Source: Felis catus (Eukaryota). From it: DNA of 64,000 bases. A program made the position numbers and the translations under genes. A model generated the notes under the pieces. That model did not search any database and was not told the origin of the DNA. It saw only the letters and a list, made by a program, of their open reading frames with translations. The stretch covers positions 131,876,001 through 131,940,000 of the forward strand of contig NC_058368.1 of the NCBI RefSeq assembly GCF_018350175.1, given 5' to 3'. Positions 50,161 to 62,437 of this stretch are shown here, piece after piece (the stretch's first letter is position 1; the number at the start of each line of letters is the position of its first letter).

Positions 50161-52332
50161 AGCTTGACTACATTCTTAAGTAAAACATCCAGTAGTATTA
50201 TTTCCTGATTTTCTGAATTTATCTGGCGATTCTAACACTTGTTTACTATTGCCACTTCATTTTAGAATTTAGTGTATTATCCTCAGATTAAAAGCACTTG
50301 AACAAACATCAGAAAAACATCAGAACAAAAAAGCTTTGTGTTCTAATGCTTGTGCATTAATCTACCCCATTCTGGCCTTCTTGTGTGAATGGAGGCATCC
50401 TATTTAGCATTTAGCCAGGTGTTCTAATAGATGTGATACTTTATTGGGCTTTTGTCATCTTAGGAAATCTTTAATCAGAGAGTAATATTCCTTTGGTTTG
50501 ATAATCTTTACCCAATTTCTTGGACTGGATCCTTAGCCAGATTGGTATAAGACAAACAGGAATTTATACTATAACTATGGTTGTACTTCTGAGTCTCTTC
50601 TGTCACCTTCGGCAAGTTACTGTAAAATCAAGACCCATCTATTTATCTCTATATAAGTTAAAGATAAAATCTGCTATTCGTATTTTTATAATGTTTTACT
50701 ATTAAGTATTTACATCTTATTAACTCCTTCAATTACATTATGGCAGAAGATAAAATACTTTTGTTGCCTTTACATCAGTAAATACTTTAGGCCCCATACA
50801 ATTGAACAATCCTGAATGTATTGCTGTTTGATGTTACCTAATTGTGGTGATAGTGCCATGGGTATAGGCACATGTCCAAAACCATCAAAGTGTATATGTC
50901 CAACAAGTGCAGCTCTTTTATACACCAATTATGCCCCAACAAAGCTGCCCCCCCAAGAATATTGATCTATAGCCCCCAAATCTCTTAACATCTCTGCTCT
51001 AGTAAGAAAACATACACTTACAATTGAGCCAACCTATTAATCTGTTTTAAACCAATGTAAAACAAAGCTTCTCTATGTATTAAAAATGTATATAGGACCA
51101 TCCATTGTCTCTTCAGTCTTCCCAGAAAAGCTCAAAGCCTGCTATTCCTTATATCACAAGGATATTGTCAGAGAACGTATAATTATACCTCGATATTATA
51201 AGAACAGCATTACATAAATATAACTCATAATTTTTACCATTAACTTGCCATCTACATATATTTAAAGGCTTCAGATAATGTATAAAAGGTTTCACTAAAT
51301 GAAAGAAACAGAACATCGAGGAATAAAACCATTATTTTAGTGTATAATTCGAATTGTTTTGATAGTGTGAAATTTGACGCTAAAATTCAAAATAGTTAAA
51401 TCATATTCTCAGTTGAATACGGAATTTGCAGTAGGTTCTAACACCCCAAGTTAGGTAAACAAGGAATGTAGTATTTGACTTTAGACATCAGCAATGTCAG
51501 AAGAGATGTACTGCAGGACAATCCTGTTTACAGCCTGGGAGTTTCTCTAAAGTCCCACTGTGAGTCATCCAAGCCTATGCATAGGGGTTTTGTATCAATT
51601 TTGAATAAGATTGATAGTTAATTGGAGATAGGGTCGCTTTCCTCTGTTGGCTCCGTCAGGTTAATAAACTGTATAATCCTTTTCATGAAATTATGTCTCT
51701 AAGTCTTTTCCAGGTTTCTTTGAGTTTTATCATATCAAAACTAGTACCAAACTGAAAATAATCACATAGAGATACAGGTTAGGACATAGTCTCAAATCAC
51801 TTTTTGAGAGATAAGGTATCAGATCCTCTTTTCAAAGTTCTAAGCACACAATACCTGTTTTCTGACTGGTGCCAGAAATTAGAGGAAGAAGGGCAATCTG
51901 AGCTTGTAAATCAAGAAAGAATTTTAAAGCCTCTTCATGAACACATCCCTGGGGTGTTTTGTACCTCTCAAATTGCACTGAGCCATTTTAAGTTTTGTCA
52001 GACTCTTTTTAACACTGCATTAAGTCCGACTAGGGCCCCTCAGGCTTGATAGGTTGTAAAAGTATATAGTTTTTGACTACTTTTCATCTATCTAACACAG
52101 AATGTTAAACTAGCTTAACCTTGGTTTTTATAAGAATCAGAAGTGCTTTTGGAATGTTAGCTCTGTGTTGTGCCTAATGCCATGCAGAATCCATTCCTCT
52201 CCCTAAGCAAACTGGTACTTTTTTCCAAAGCAGTTAACTTACTTCAGGTACTTGAGTCATCATTCTTTTCTTGGAGGCTAGAAGTATCAGACCTATTTTT
52301 CCCATAGTCTACTCTTAATCTTTGTGCTTCTA

Positions 52333-52531
52333 TTTTTTTTTAAGTTTATTTATTTACTTAGAGAGAACAAGCAGGGGAGGGGCAGAGAGAGAGAGAGAGA
52401 GAATCCCAAGCAGGCTCTGCACTGTCAGCGTGGAGCCTGATGTGGGGCTCAAACTCACAAACATGAGATCATGACCTGAGCCGAAATTAGGAGTCTAACG
52501 CTGAAACCTACCGAGCCACCCAGGCATCCCC
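52333..52531 (-). mobile_element. Can-SINE (antisense)
   Basis: Canonical body. Confidence 0.93.
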
Positions 52532-52769
52532 TGCGTGCAACTTTTAATGTTACTTACACAGAAGAGTAAAAGTATATTTGCAGTTGACCCATAGAAAGCC
52601 TCTCAGACCAGCCATCAGTAATATTCTACTTATTCTTACTTTGTACATGGCACTAACAAATTGATTGTTGGGTTCTAAGTTCAAAACAGATTAAAGAATA
52701 ATAACAGTGAGGGAGAGTACCCTTTACAGGTGGAAATTTTATGGTATATGAAGTATAACCTCAAGAATT

Positions 52770-52872
52770 AAATGAATGAATGAATGGAATGAATGAATGA
52801 ATGAATGAATGAATGAATGAATGAATAAACAAATGAATCAATGAATGAGTAAGCAAGCAAGCAAACAAGCAA
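52770..52872. repeat. (GAAT)n microsatellite grading into (AAGC)n
   Basis: Directly visible; probably the tail of a very short L1 3' remnant (about 52725-52770). Confidence 0.9.
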
Positions 52873-53815
52873 AAGAAAAGCCAGGGTAGGGGCTGGCCTG
52901 TGTCTTGCTAGCCCACTATTTTATTGGACTTAAACAAAATTAAAAAAAAAAAAAGTGAGAGAGAAAGGCACAGCTAGGAACATTCTTTCTGGCATTTGCA
53001 AGAGGTGATAGCTGACCACTTGACAGCAAGTAAGAAAGCACAAGAACTAATAGTAATGGAATATTATGGATTTGCTATTAATAGTATTTCATTATACTTT
53101 GAGAGCATGTCAGTATTAAAATTATTGATGGTCATTCAATTAAGAAAAGTTTAGATGGTACTTATTGTTTAGTAAGACAGAGATTGGGTAATGATTCCAA
53201 CCTAATTGGTAAAAAAAAATAAAATTATCATTTTAATCAATTAGAGATAAGATTCTCTTTTCTGAAATATTTAGTTATGTCGAATACTTCATTTCTTAGA
53301 AGTCCTAAAAAAATAAAACTCCCTCTGTAGCAAGGATAGTCAGTCTCTCAAATAAAATTGTATTAAATACATGCCACTACCTTCATGGGCCAGAAAGCAT
53401 GCTATATTTTTAATAATATGTCTTTCATTAATATAATTTCTAAAAAAAATAGTAAAGATTTTTAAAGGTATATAGTAAATGTAAAGATGTATATACCCTC
53501 ACATTTAGACCAAGAATTTAATGTTTTGGTAGAGTGAATAAGAGATGACCGTCTCTAATTTGAGAGTCCATAAAGTACTTTGTTCTTTTTTGGACAGTCC
53601 ATCTCAGACTTTCTCACTAGCTGTCATTAGCAAATCTTGTTGAGCCTTACTTTGAGAATCATACATTATGGGCACATTTAATGTTTATGTGCAATGAAAA
53701 ATAGACTTTAACCAGTCTTCCTAATGGTTGTTTAGGACTCATTGGCTGCTGTTTTTATAAACCACTGTGTCAGGCCTATCTCTTTGCAGTCCTTCACTGT
53801 CTTAAAATAGTTTTT

Positions 53816-54010
53816 GTTCTTGTTTTTTTGTTAAAAATTTTTAAAATTATTTTATTTTGTTTTTTATTTGAGAGAGAGAGAGAGACAGCCCATGAGCGGA
53901 GGTTTTAATGATTTTGTTTTTAAGTAATCTCTACACCCAACATAGGGCTCAGACTTACAACCCTGAGGTCGAGACTCACATGCCTATTGACTGAACCAGC
54001 CAGGTGCCCC
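53816..54010 (-). mobile_element. Short SINEC_c-like element (about 53905-54010) plus a Can-SINE tail fragment (53816-53903)
   Basis: aagtaatctctacacccaac...ccagccaggtgcccc preceded by a (GA)n/poly-T fragment. Confidence 0.88.
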
Positions 54011-54028
54011 TTAAAGTAGTTTTTAAAT

Positions 54029-54240
54029 TTTTTTTTTCAACGTTTATTTATTTTTGGGACAGAGAGAGACAGAGCATGAACGGGGGAGGGGCAGAGAGAG
54101 AGGGAGACACAGAATCGGAAACAGGCTCCAGGCTCTGAGCCATCAGCCCAGAGCCTGACGCGGGGCTCGAACTCACGGACCGCGAGATCGTGACCTGGCT
54201 GAAGTTGGATGCTTAACCCACTGTGCCACCCAGGCGCCCC
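54029..54240 (-). mobile_element. Young felid SINEC_Fc-type element
   Basis: Near-exact reverse complement of the 36621 copy; TSD ttaaa[g/a]tagtttttaaat at 54011 and 54241. Confidence 0.96.
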
Positions 54241-54260
54241 TTAAAATAGTTTTTAAATGA

Positions 54261-54601
54261 GAGGAGCACCTGGCTGTCTCATCCGTAGAGCATATGACTC
54301 TTGATCCTCGGGGTCATGAGTTCAAGCCCCACAGTGGGCATAGAGCTCACTGGGAAAAAAAATTGGGTTGTCCTTTTGGGGCACCTGGGTGGCTCAGTCA
54401 TTGAAGCGTCCAACTGTTGGTTTTGGCTGAGGTCATAACATCACGGTTCATGAGTTTGAGCCCCGTATCGGGTTCTGTGCTGACCGCACAGAGCCTGCTT
54501 ACAATTCTCTCTCTCTCTCTCTCTCTCTCTCCCCCGCTCTCTTTCTGCCCCTCCTCTGCTCACACACACTCTCTCTCTCAAAATAAATAAATCAACTTAA
54601 A
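54261..54601 (+). mobile_element. Short SINEC_c-like element (54261-54362) followed by a full Can-SINE (54378-54601)
   Basis: Two tRNA-like heads; the block is bounded by aaaatagtttttaaatga on both sides. Confidence 0.9.
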
Positions 54602-56254
54602 AAAATAGTTTTTAAATGAACATTACTTCTGCCTGCTGGTAGATGTAATTCCAATATAGGAAGTTTGACAAGAGCCTTTAACTATATTTTTAGTAACTGC
54701 ACTTTATCTTCCTGTTACTAATATTGATGCCATTCCTAATCCAGTAAAAATAGGTTAATTGATAGTATTAATCTTTGGCCATAACTGTCAATTTTTTAAA
54801 AAGCTATATTATTTCTTCCATTTATAAAAGTAATGTATCCTTTGCAAAAATATCAGAAATGTAGAAAAGCATAAAGGATAAAAAAGATCACCCATGATAC
54901 TTCTGCCAAAGACAACCATGGTTAACTGTGTAATATTTGTTTTTCTGGACTTTTTTTATCTTCATGCCAGAAACACGTGTACATGTGGCATCATGTTTTC
55001 CATAGTTGTTTTTAATATAATGTTGTTTGTAATATGCTTTTTAAAAAACTTTCCAAGTGAAATTGATAACTCTTAAATGGAAAACTTGATTTTAGGGGTG
55101 TTCTTCCTTTTAATTTTCTCATATCAGAGAGTAGGATATAGAGGACGATAGACGTAAAGACTATAAATGTAGTTGAAAGGTAAAAAGTTCCCACCATTTT
55201 CAGCTCTAGGGTTTAGAAGATGTGAGGGCACTGACACCCAGGGACTCCACTTCCATTGCTGATGGGCATTATTTATACCTCTCATGAATTAATACTAAAC
55301 AACAAAAACATACTGATTGACATTGCCTCGTAGCAGAAACCTTATAATGTGCAAGGAAACATTATACTCAATATTGAGATCATGAACTAAAATAATTACA
55401 AATTTTCCCCCTTTAAAAAGGAAGACGTGAGGGGTGTGTGGATGCATGCACGTTATTTTTTGTTTTGTTTTGTTTTGATATTTAGATTGTCTCAAGGGGA
55501 GAACTAATATCGTCATTAAAATTTTGATTATAACCAGCATTCTCATTTGGGAGTGGAGTTGTTAACTATTCCAGACTGCTGTCAAGACCTTATTTTAAGT
55601 AAGATGTTTTTCTTTTATGTGACACTTTATGAGGTTTTGCCAAAAATGACATCAAACATATAATTCATTTGAGTGCTGAGTTTCTTCCACATCTTGCAGC
55701 ACTTAATCAAATTTGAAAAAGATAATCTCTTCACAACTTTAGAGTGTAAACCTGTGAATGTGTTGCATTAAAACTTACTTTAGACAGTTTAATCTGTGTG
55801 GTATTGGGTTGATTTTTTTTTTTTTAACGATTAATGCAATATGCTGACAGTTTTGAGCGGCTATATTTTCAAAATTCTTCATATAAACTCCTGGCAGATG
55901 GTACAGATGCAGGTTTTAAGTATTTATAATTTTTCATGCAAAAAACGATAATCTCTAAATTATATTAAAAACTACATGAAAGAATTTGAAATGCCAGAAA
56001 GGACAGAGAATAAAGAAGTTCTCAGAATGTGAAAAGATGTCAAAATGTTAAGAATCCTTAAGATTCTATTTTGATGTACAAAAGTAGTTTATATTGATTT
56101 TTTTAATGGTCTCACAGTATGCTTATTTAAAGCATGCTGCAGTATTTTTAAAATGTGAAAGTGGGCTAGCCTGAAGAAATGTCATGAGCATCAGAAACTC
56201 TGATCTTGAGTGTCGTCTATTTACAGTGAATACTTCTGTGCAGTCATCAGAGTT

Positions 56255-56395
56255 TTGGTCCTGAAAGGCACATCCAGCCCTACCTTTCCATCATATACAT
56301 AGAGAGCCAAAGGCCAGCCAATAAAAGGGCTTACCCAAATCACACAGCAAACTCCTAAGTCCTCTGGCTGCCAGTCCAGTGCTGTTTCCACAACT
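56255..56395 (-). mobile_element. MIR/MIR3 fragment
   Basis: gggcttacccaaatcacacagc...ctctggctgccagtccagtgctgtttccaca. Confidence 0.55.
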
Positions 56396-56780
56396 CTGTT
56401 CTTCAATTTGATCCAACCTTGAGTAGATACAGTCTGTAAAATTTTAATTGGTATCTATTAAAATCTACTTTGGTTTTGGTGAGAATAATTGTTTCTAAAA
56501 GTCTTTCTTCAAACCTAGAGTCTTTTAAAGAACATATTATTGTCATACTTGTGTCTTTTCAAAGACTAAACATGAAATTCTGCAATGACTGGCAAAAAAT
56601 TTAAATATTATAGAAAATGTTAATTTCTGGCAACATGGCAGACTGAGTCCAAACTGATCCTCCCACTGAAAACAACTAAAAATGTTGTATATAGCATAAA
56701 AACATTTTCTCATATTATCCTGTGAACTTGCAAAACAAACAAGAAACTAGCCAAATAAAATGAGAAATATCCAAACCAGT

Positions 56781-57042
56781 GGGGCACCTGTGGTGGTTCA
56801 GTCAGTTAAGCATCTGACTCTTGATTTTGGCTCAGGCCATGATCTCATGGTTCGTGAGATCCAGCCCTGCATCAGCCTCTGTGCTGACAGCTTGGAGCCT
56901 AGTTAGGATTCTCTCTCCCTCTCTCTCTTTCCCTCTGCTCTCAATAAATAAATAAACAAACAAACAAACAAATAAATAAACTGAAAGAAAAGAAAAGAAA
57001 GGAAGGAAAGAAAGAATAGAAAGGAAGGAAGGAAAGAGAGAA

Positions 57043-57102
<60 letters not shown>
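56781..57102 (+). mobile_element. Can-SINE with a long (GAAA)n/(GGAA)n tail
   Basis: Canonical head; flanked by ccaaaccag/ccacaccag. Confidence 0.93.
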
Positions 57103-57776
57103 GCCACACCAGGGAATAAGTAAAGATGTGAATTAAGAGAATAAGTGGAGCACTAGATCTAGCTTTAGCCCTAATGATATTTGCTAAACTGACTGAACTA
57201 GAGAATTGTTTTTTGAGGTCTTACAAAGAGACAGTATAGAACCTAAGATCTTCTTAGGGTCTCTCAACTATCCCATATAGTTGGGACCCCAAAGGTTCTC
57301 ATCCTTAGTGGCAGGGAGAAATAAAAATAAGCAGAAGCATCTTATCCTCATCAAAGAAAGAACTACAAGGAAAACTGCCTATCTTGAATCATGGTGCTGA
57401 GCATTTGGGGACAAGAGCATTTCCTACGAACCATAAACACATGGCAGCTTTCTCATCAGTTTAGAGCCCCAATTCACCCTGCCTGGGTGGCGTTAAAATC
57501 CCCCAGCCAAGAATTTAGCTGGACACAGTCCTGGATCCTTAGTGCTCCCAGAAGCCTGTTACAAACAAACATAAGTCCTTTCAGGAGAAACCTGCTTTCA
57601 TTCACTGTGCTCAAAGAAAATTCAAAATAAAATGAGTGGCTCTGAACGAAAACACACAGATTCAGAATACAAGTACCTGACAAAAAGCTAATAGAAAGAA
57701 GAGACAACAGAATCAGACTCACAAATTCTTCAGTTTTTATTTAGACCCTAAATGTTAAATAAGTATATGTCATACA

Positions 57777-57882
57777 GGGGGCACCTGGCTGGCTCAGTAA
57801 GTGGCGCATGCAGCTCTTGATTTCAGGGTTGTGAGTTTGAGCCCCTTGTTGGGTGTAGAGATTACTCAAAATCTTTAAAAAA
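57777..57882 (+). mobile_element. Short SINEC_c-like element
   Basis: gggggcacctggctggctcag...gggtgtagagattact. Confidence 0.9.
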
Positions 57883-57947
57883 TAGTAAGTATATATAATA
57901 CATTTCAAGAAAAGTTTAAAAGTACTATATAGAACAAGCAGATTTTA

Positions 57948-58059
57948 TTTTATTTTTTTAAGCTTTATTTAAGTAATCTTTCCACCCCATGTGGAGCTTG
58001 AACTCATGACCCCAAGATCAAGAGTTGCACACTTTCCAGGTGAGCCAGCCAGGCACCCT
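57948..58059 (-). mobile_element. Short SINEC_c-like element with a perfect 16-bp TSD
   Basis: gaacaagcagatttta at 57932-57947 and 58061-58076. Confidence 0.92.
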
Positions 58060-58088
58060 GGAACAAGCAGATTTTAAAACTAACTTAG

Positions 58089-58256
58089 GGGGTACCTGGG
58101 TGGCTCAGTCAGTTAAGCATCCGACCTCAGCTCAGGTCATGATCTCCCAGTTCCCGAGTTCAAGCCCCATGTTGGGCTCTGTTCTGACAGCTCAGAGCCT
58201 GGAGCCTGCTTCGGATTCTGTGTCTCCCTCTTTGTCTCTGCCTCTCCCCCACTCAT

Positions 58257-58291
<35 letters not shown>

Positions 58292-58328
58292 AATAAACAT
58301 TAAAAATTTTTTTTAATAAATAAATAAA
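58089..58328 (+). mobile_element. Can-SINE
   Basis: Canonical; ctaacttagg on both sides. Confidence 0.94.
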
Positions 58329-58386
58329 TCTAACTTAGGAAATCTCCTAGAAATCAAAAGTATATAATAGTTGATATTTAGGTTTT

Positions 58387-58599
58387 GGGGCATCTAGGTG
58401 GCTCAGTTGCTTAAGCATTCGACTTGATTTCAGTTTAGGTCCTGATCTCACGGTTCATGAGATTGAGCCCCACATTGGGCTCTGCACTGACAGCATGGAG
58501 TCTGCTTGGGATTCCCTCTCTCTCTCTGCCCCTCTCCCACTCATTCACACATGTGTGCACTCTCTCTCTCTCTTCTGTCTCTCAAAATAAACATTTTAA
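58387..58599 (+). mobile_element. Can-SINE
   Basis: Canonical, diverged. Confidence 0.9.
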
Positions 58600-59285
58600 A
58601 TCCAATAGGTTTAATAGCAAATTAGACATAGCTAAAAAGAGTATTAGTAAACAGAAAGGTACAATTGGAAAATTATATAGATTTCAGCCCAAAAAGAGAC
58701 AGGAAACCTGGAAGAATAGAAAAAAAGATCTAATAAATCTAATCAAATTCTAGGAGGAATTCAAAGGACAAGTAGAGGCAATATTTGGAAGAGCTGATAG
58801 CTGAAATCTTCTGTAACTAATGAAAGAAATCAGTTTACAGGGTAAGGAAGTAAAATGAAGAAATCTACAAGAGGATAAATAAGAATAAATCCAGATCTAC
58901 ACACACCATGATAACATTCAGAGTATTCAACACAAAGAGACCTCAAAAGCAGCCAGAGAGAAAAACATTACCTTTAAAAAAACAAGAGCTGATTTCTCAA
59001 CAGCAACAAGCACGGACATAAGACAGAATATTATCTGTAGTGTATTGAAGGAGAATTTTCTTCAAAGAAACTGAGAGACTTAGCTACCTGCATTACCTTC
59101 ACTAAAGGAAACTCTAAAGGGCATACTTCAGGCCAAAGATAGGTGAGCTTAGATGGAAGATCTGTACTGCAAAGAAAAAGGAACATAGAGAGTAGTAAAT
59201 ATATATCTAAAGAAATACTGAATGAGTAAAATAATAATGTCTTATTGAGTTATAAATAAAGATAATAATTAAAATACATAACCGT

Positions 59286-59471
59286 GGGGCACCTCGTTGG
59301 CTCAGTCAGCTAAGCGTGTGACTTCAGCTCAGGTTATGATCTCAGGGCTCATGGGTTCAAGCCCTGTATCGGCCTCTGCTGACAGCTCAGAGCCTGGAGC
59401 CTGCTTCGGATTCTGTGTCTCCCTCTCTCTCTGTCCCTCCCCCGCTCATGCTCTGTCTCTCTGTATCTCTC

Positions 59472-59516
<45 letters not shown>

Positions 59517-59543
59517 AATAATTTTAAAAAATACATTAAAAAA
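59286..59543 (+). mobile_element. Can-SINE
   Basis: Canonical with a long (CT)n tract. Confidence 0.93.
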
Positions 59544-60221
59544 TAGCACATAAGTTTGGGAAACAGGTAAAAGGAGTTTGGAAAAGTATTCTTGTCTGGA
59601 TTCTTGTTCTGGAAGAAAGTAGAGATACAAATTAAGTTTAGACTGTAACACATTAAATATCCACATTGATAATTTAGGAAAACTACTAAGAGGACAGGAA
59701 AAGGTCATAACTTCCAAAATAGTAGAGAAAAATATGGAATTAGAGGGAAGCATATAACCTGAAAGGCAACAAGAAAGAAAAGAAAAAGACATGTAAACTG
59801 AACAGAATATTAAAAGCATCAGTACAAAATAAGATAGATGAAATAAAATATAGATATATCAGTAATTATACTGAAATAACTGGAAAGTCCAACTCTTCAC
59901 CTAAAAGACCAACACTATCAAACTGGAATGAAAAACACAAATTCAGTCATATCCTGCTTACATGAGAAATATCTTAAATATATTGGACAATCGCATCTTT
60001 AGGGTAAAATGTATTATTATGGTTAAAGAGGATCTCTACTTAATAACAACATCTTCACTTTTCCAGGAAGATGTAACAGTCCTAAATATGAATGGACCTT
60101 GTAACACAGACTCAAAATGTATGAACCAAATTGAAAGACTTATAAGAAGAAGTAAACAAGTCCTTCATAGTGGGAGATTTTAACACATTTTTCTCAGTAA
60201 ATAAGCTTATAAAAAAGTAGA

Positions 60222-60700
60222 GGGGTGCCTGGCTAGCTCAGTCAGTGGAGTATGTGACTCTTGATCTTGTGGTCATGAGTTCAAGCCCACGTGGGGCATA
60301 GAGATTACTTAAAAAACTAAAATATTTTAGGGGTGCCTGGGTGGCTCAGTTGGTTGAGTGTCTGATTTCTGCTCAGGTTATGATCTCATGCTTGTGAGTT
60401 CGAGCCCCCTGTCGGGCTCTGTGCTGACAGCTCAGAGCCTTGAGCCTGCTTTGGATTCTGTGTCTCCGGCTCTCTCTTGCCCCTCTCCCCCCACCAAATA
60501 AATACACATAACAACAAAAAAAAAATTTTTAACTAAAATCTTTTTAAAAAATAATAAATTTAAAAAAAAAATTAAAAAAAAAAAATGTTTCCGATTCTGT
60601 GTCTCCCTCTCTCTCTGCCCCTCGCCCGTTTATGCTCTGTCTCTCTCTGTCCCAAAAATAAATAAACGTTGAAAAAAAAAATTAAAAAAAAAATAATAAA
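60222..60700 (+). mobile_element. Three stacked SINEs: SINEC_c-like (60222), full Can-SINE (60330-60530) and 5'-truncated SINEC_Fc-type (60586-60690)
   Basis: Two heads plus a headless body beginning tgtttccgattctg; aactaaaat[a/c]tttt duplicated around the middle copy. Confidence 0.9.
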
Positions 60701-61439
60701 TTTTTAAATAATAAATTAATACAAATATAGACAGTTTTGTGCTATATAATTAACATGCTTGATACCATGCACATAAACAGAGCGTTACCCTCAGTAGCTT
60801 CAGAATATACTTTTTTCTAGCACTCTTGAAATTTTTATGGAAAGTGGCCACATGGTGGGCCATAAAGAAAGTTAGAAAAATTTCAAAGGATTGTTTTCAA
60901 ATTGACTACCTGCTTCAACAAAATGCAGTTGTTAACAATAACAATTGATTTTAAAATTACTGATATTTGAATATACTGATGTGGCTATTACAATACAAGA
61001 AAATTACTGGAAACATTTCCGATGCAAAGAAGCTAAAAACAAACAAACAAACAAACAAGCAAAATTAACCCAATGAAGTTTAAAGAAGGTAATAATAAAG
61101 ACAGAAATCAGTAAAATAGAAAACACTTGTTAGACTGAGATTAGATTTAATTTTTGAGAACAAAAATTAAAATAACCAGTAATATAGCTTTTTAGTCCCT
61201 TACACATAGTAGATACCCAGAAAATTGATTCGATTTTGTTGTATTGGACAATTGTCACTTGTTCTTTCCCAGATGTCCTTCCAATCCAGAGAAAGTAACT
61301 ACTTGTTATGTAGAAGGAGTGCCATAGGGAAGTTAATATTAATAGTGCTAGTTTTATTAGTCACAAAAAGTTGCTATTAAAAAGAGAGCAGTAGAGAGAA
61401 ACAGACAGACACGCAAAAATACAGTGTCTAAATAATATT

Positions 61440-61790
61440 TGGTATTATTTCTCTTCTGCAAAACAGCCCAGGGGTGAACCCTTAATGGTTGGCAGCACAT
61501 TGAAAGACCCAGGTTTCTTTCATCTTATTTTTCTGCCATCTCCTAGGCTGTTTTCATTGTTCACATGATTGAATCTGGCCTTTCAGGAGGGAAGGGGAAG
61601 GAATAAGTACCAGACAAGTGGCTTCATCTTGAAGATGAAGATGACTCAAAAGTTGCACAGAGAAAAAAAAAAAAAGTTGCACAGAGCAGTTCTAGTCATA
61701 TCATAGCATCCTGAAATCGTATGCCCATACCTAGCTGTAAGAAAGGCTGAACCACGTTTGGGTGGCCGACTGCCCAGCTAAAACTTAGTG
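61440..61790 (-). mobile_element. MaLR LTR remnant (old MLT1)
   Basis: aagacccaggtttctttcatctt...ctgccatctcctagg...catacctagctgtaagaaaggctg. Confidence 0.6.
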
Positions 61791-62437
61791 TCAAGGGTGG
61801 GAAAGGTGGGGTTTGGTTCTACCACTAAAACGTAAAAGGGGCAAATGAATTTAGGGAGGAAATTAGCAGATGTTGTTACATAATATAAACAAAGGCTTAG
61901 GAAGAACCAAAAAGGCAGTAGTCCATTTGGTCAGGAAAAGCTTGACCAAGTATCTGAGCCAGGTTTTAAGAGATGAGTAAGATTTCACTGCAAAATAAAT
62001 GAAGGGCAATAAGTAGAGCAATAGTTGGAAGACTGCCCTGCAAGGCAGGAATCATAACTGATTCATCTCCATATGCCTGGTACTTGCCACAGTGACTGGC
62101 AAAATAGAGGCATTCAACAAATAATTGCTGAAGGAATTAATGAAATTAACTTTTGTTTAAATGGGTGATATATAATGTATAAGGGGAAAAAGAAAATAAG
62201 AATGCAGACAACTCAAGATTATCTATTTTTCTGAGCATGAATTTATGGTCAAATGAAGAGCACATAGGAACAAATAATGAACAAAGTAATTTCAGATGAT
62301 AAGGGCTATGAAAATAATATGTAACAGGACAATCTGATACAGTGACTAGAGGACTACTTTAAATTGGGTAGATGTCAGAAAGGACCCAGTCAAAAGACAG
62401 ACTTCACAAACAGTAATTAGAACACACACAAAAAATA

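Larger units (their letters stand above)
56620..61170 (+). mobile_element. Highly decayed old L1 (5' end, ORF1, start of ORF2) fragmented by nine SINE insertions
   Basis: ttctggcaacatggcagactgag 5' end; ORF1-like aaaagcagccagagagaaaa...gatttctcaacagcaac; ORF2-like catagtgggagattttaacaca. Confidence 0.7.

Noticed and set aside
59349..59819. 156-aa minus-strand ORF with ER repeats
   Set aside because: Spans an L1 remnant and the (CT)n tract of a SINE; low-complexity artefact.
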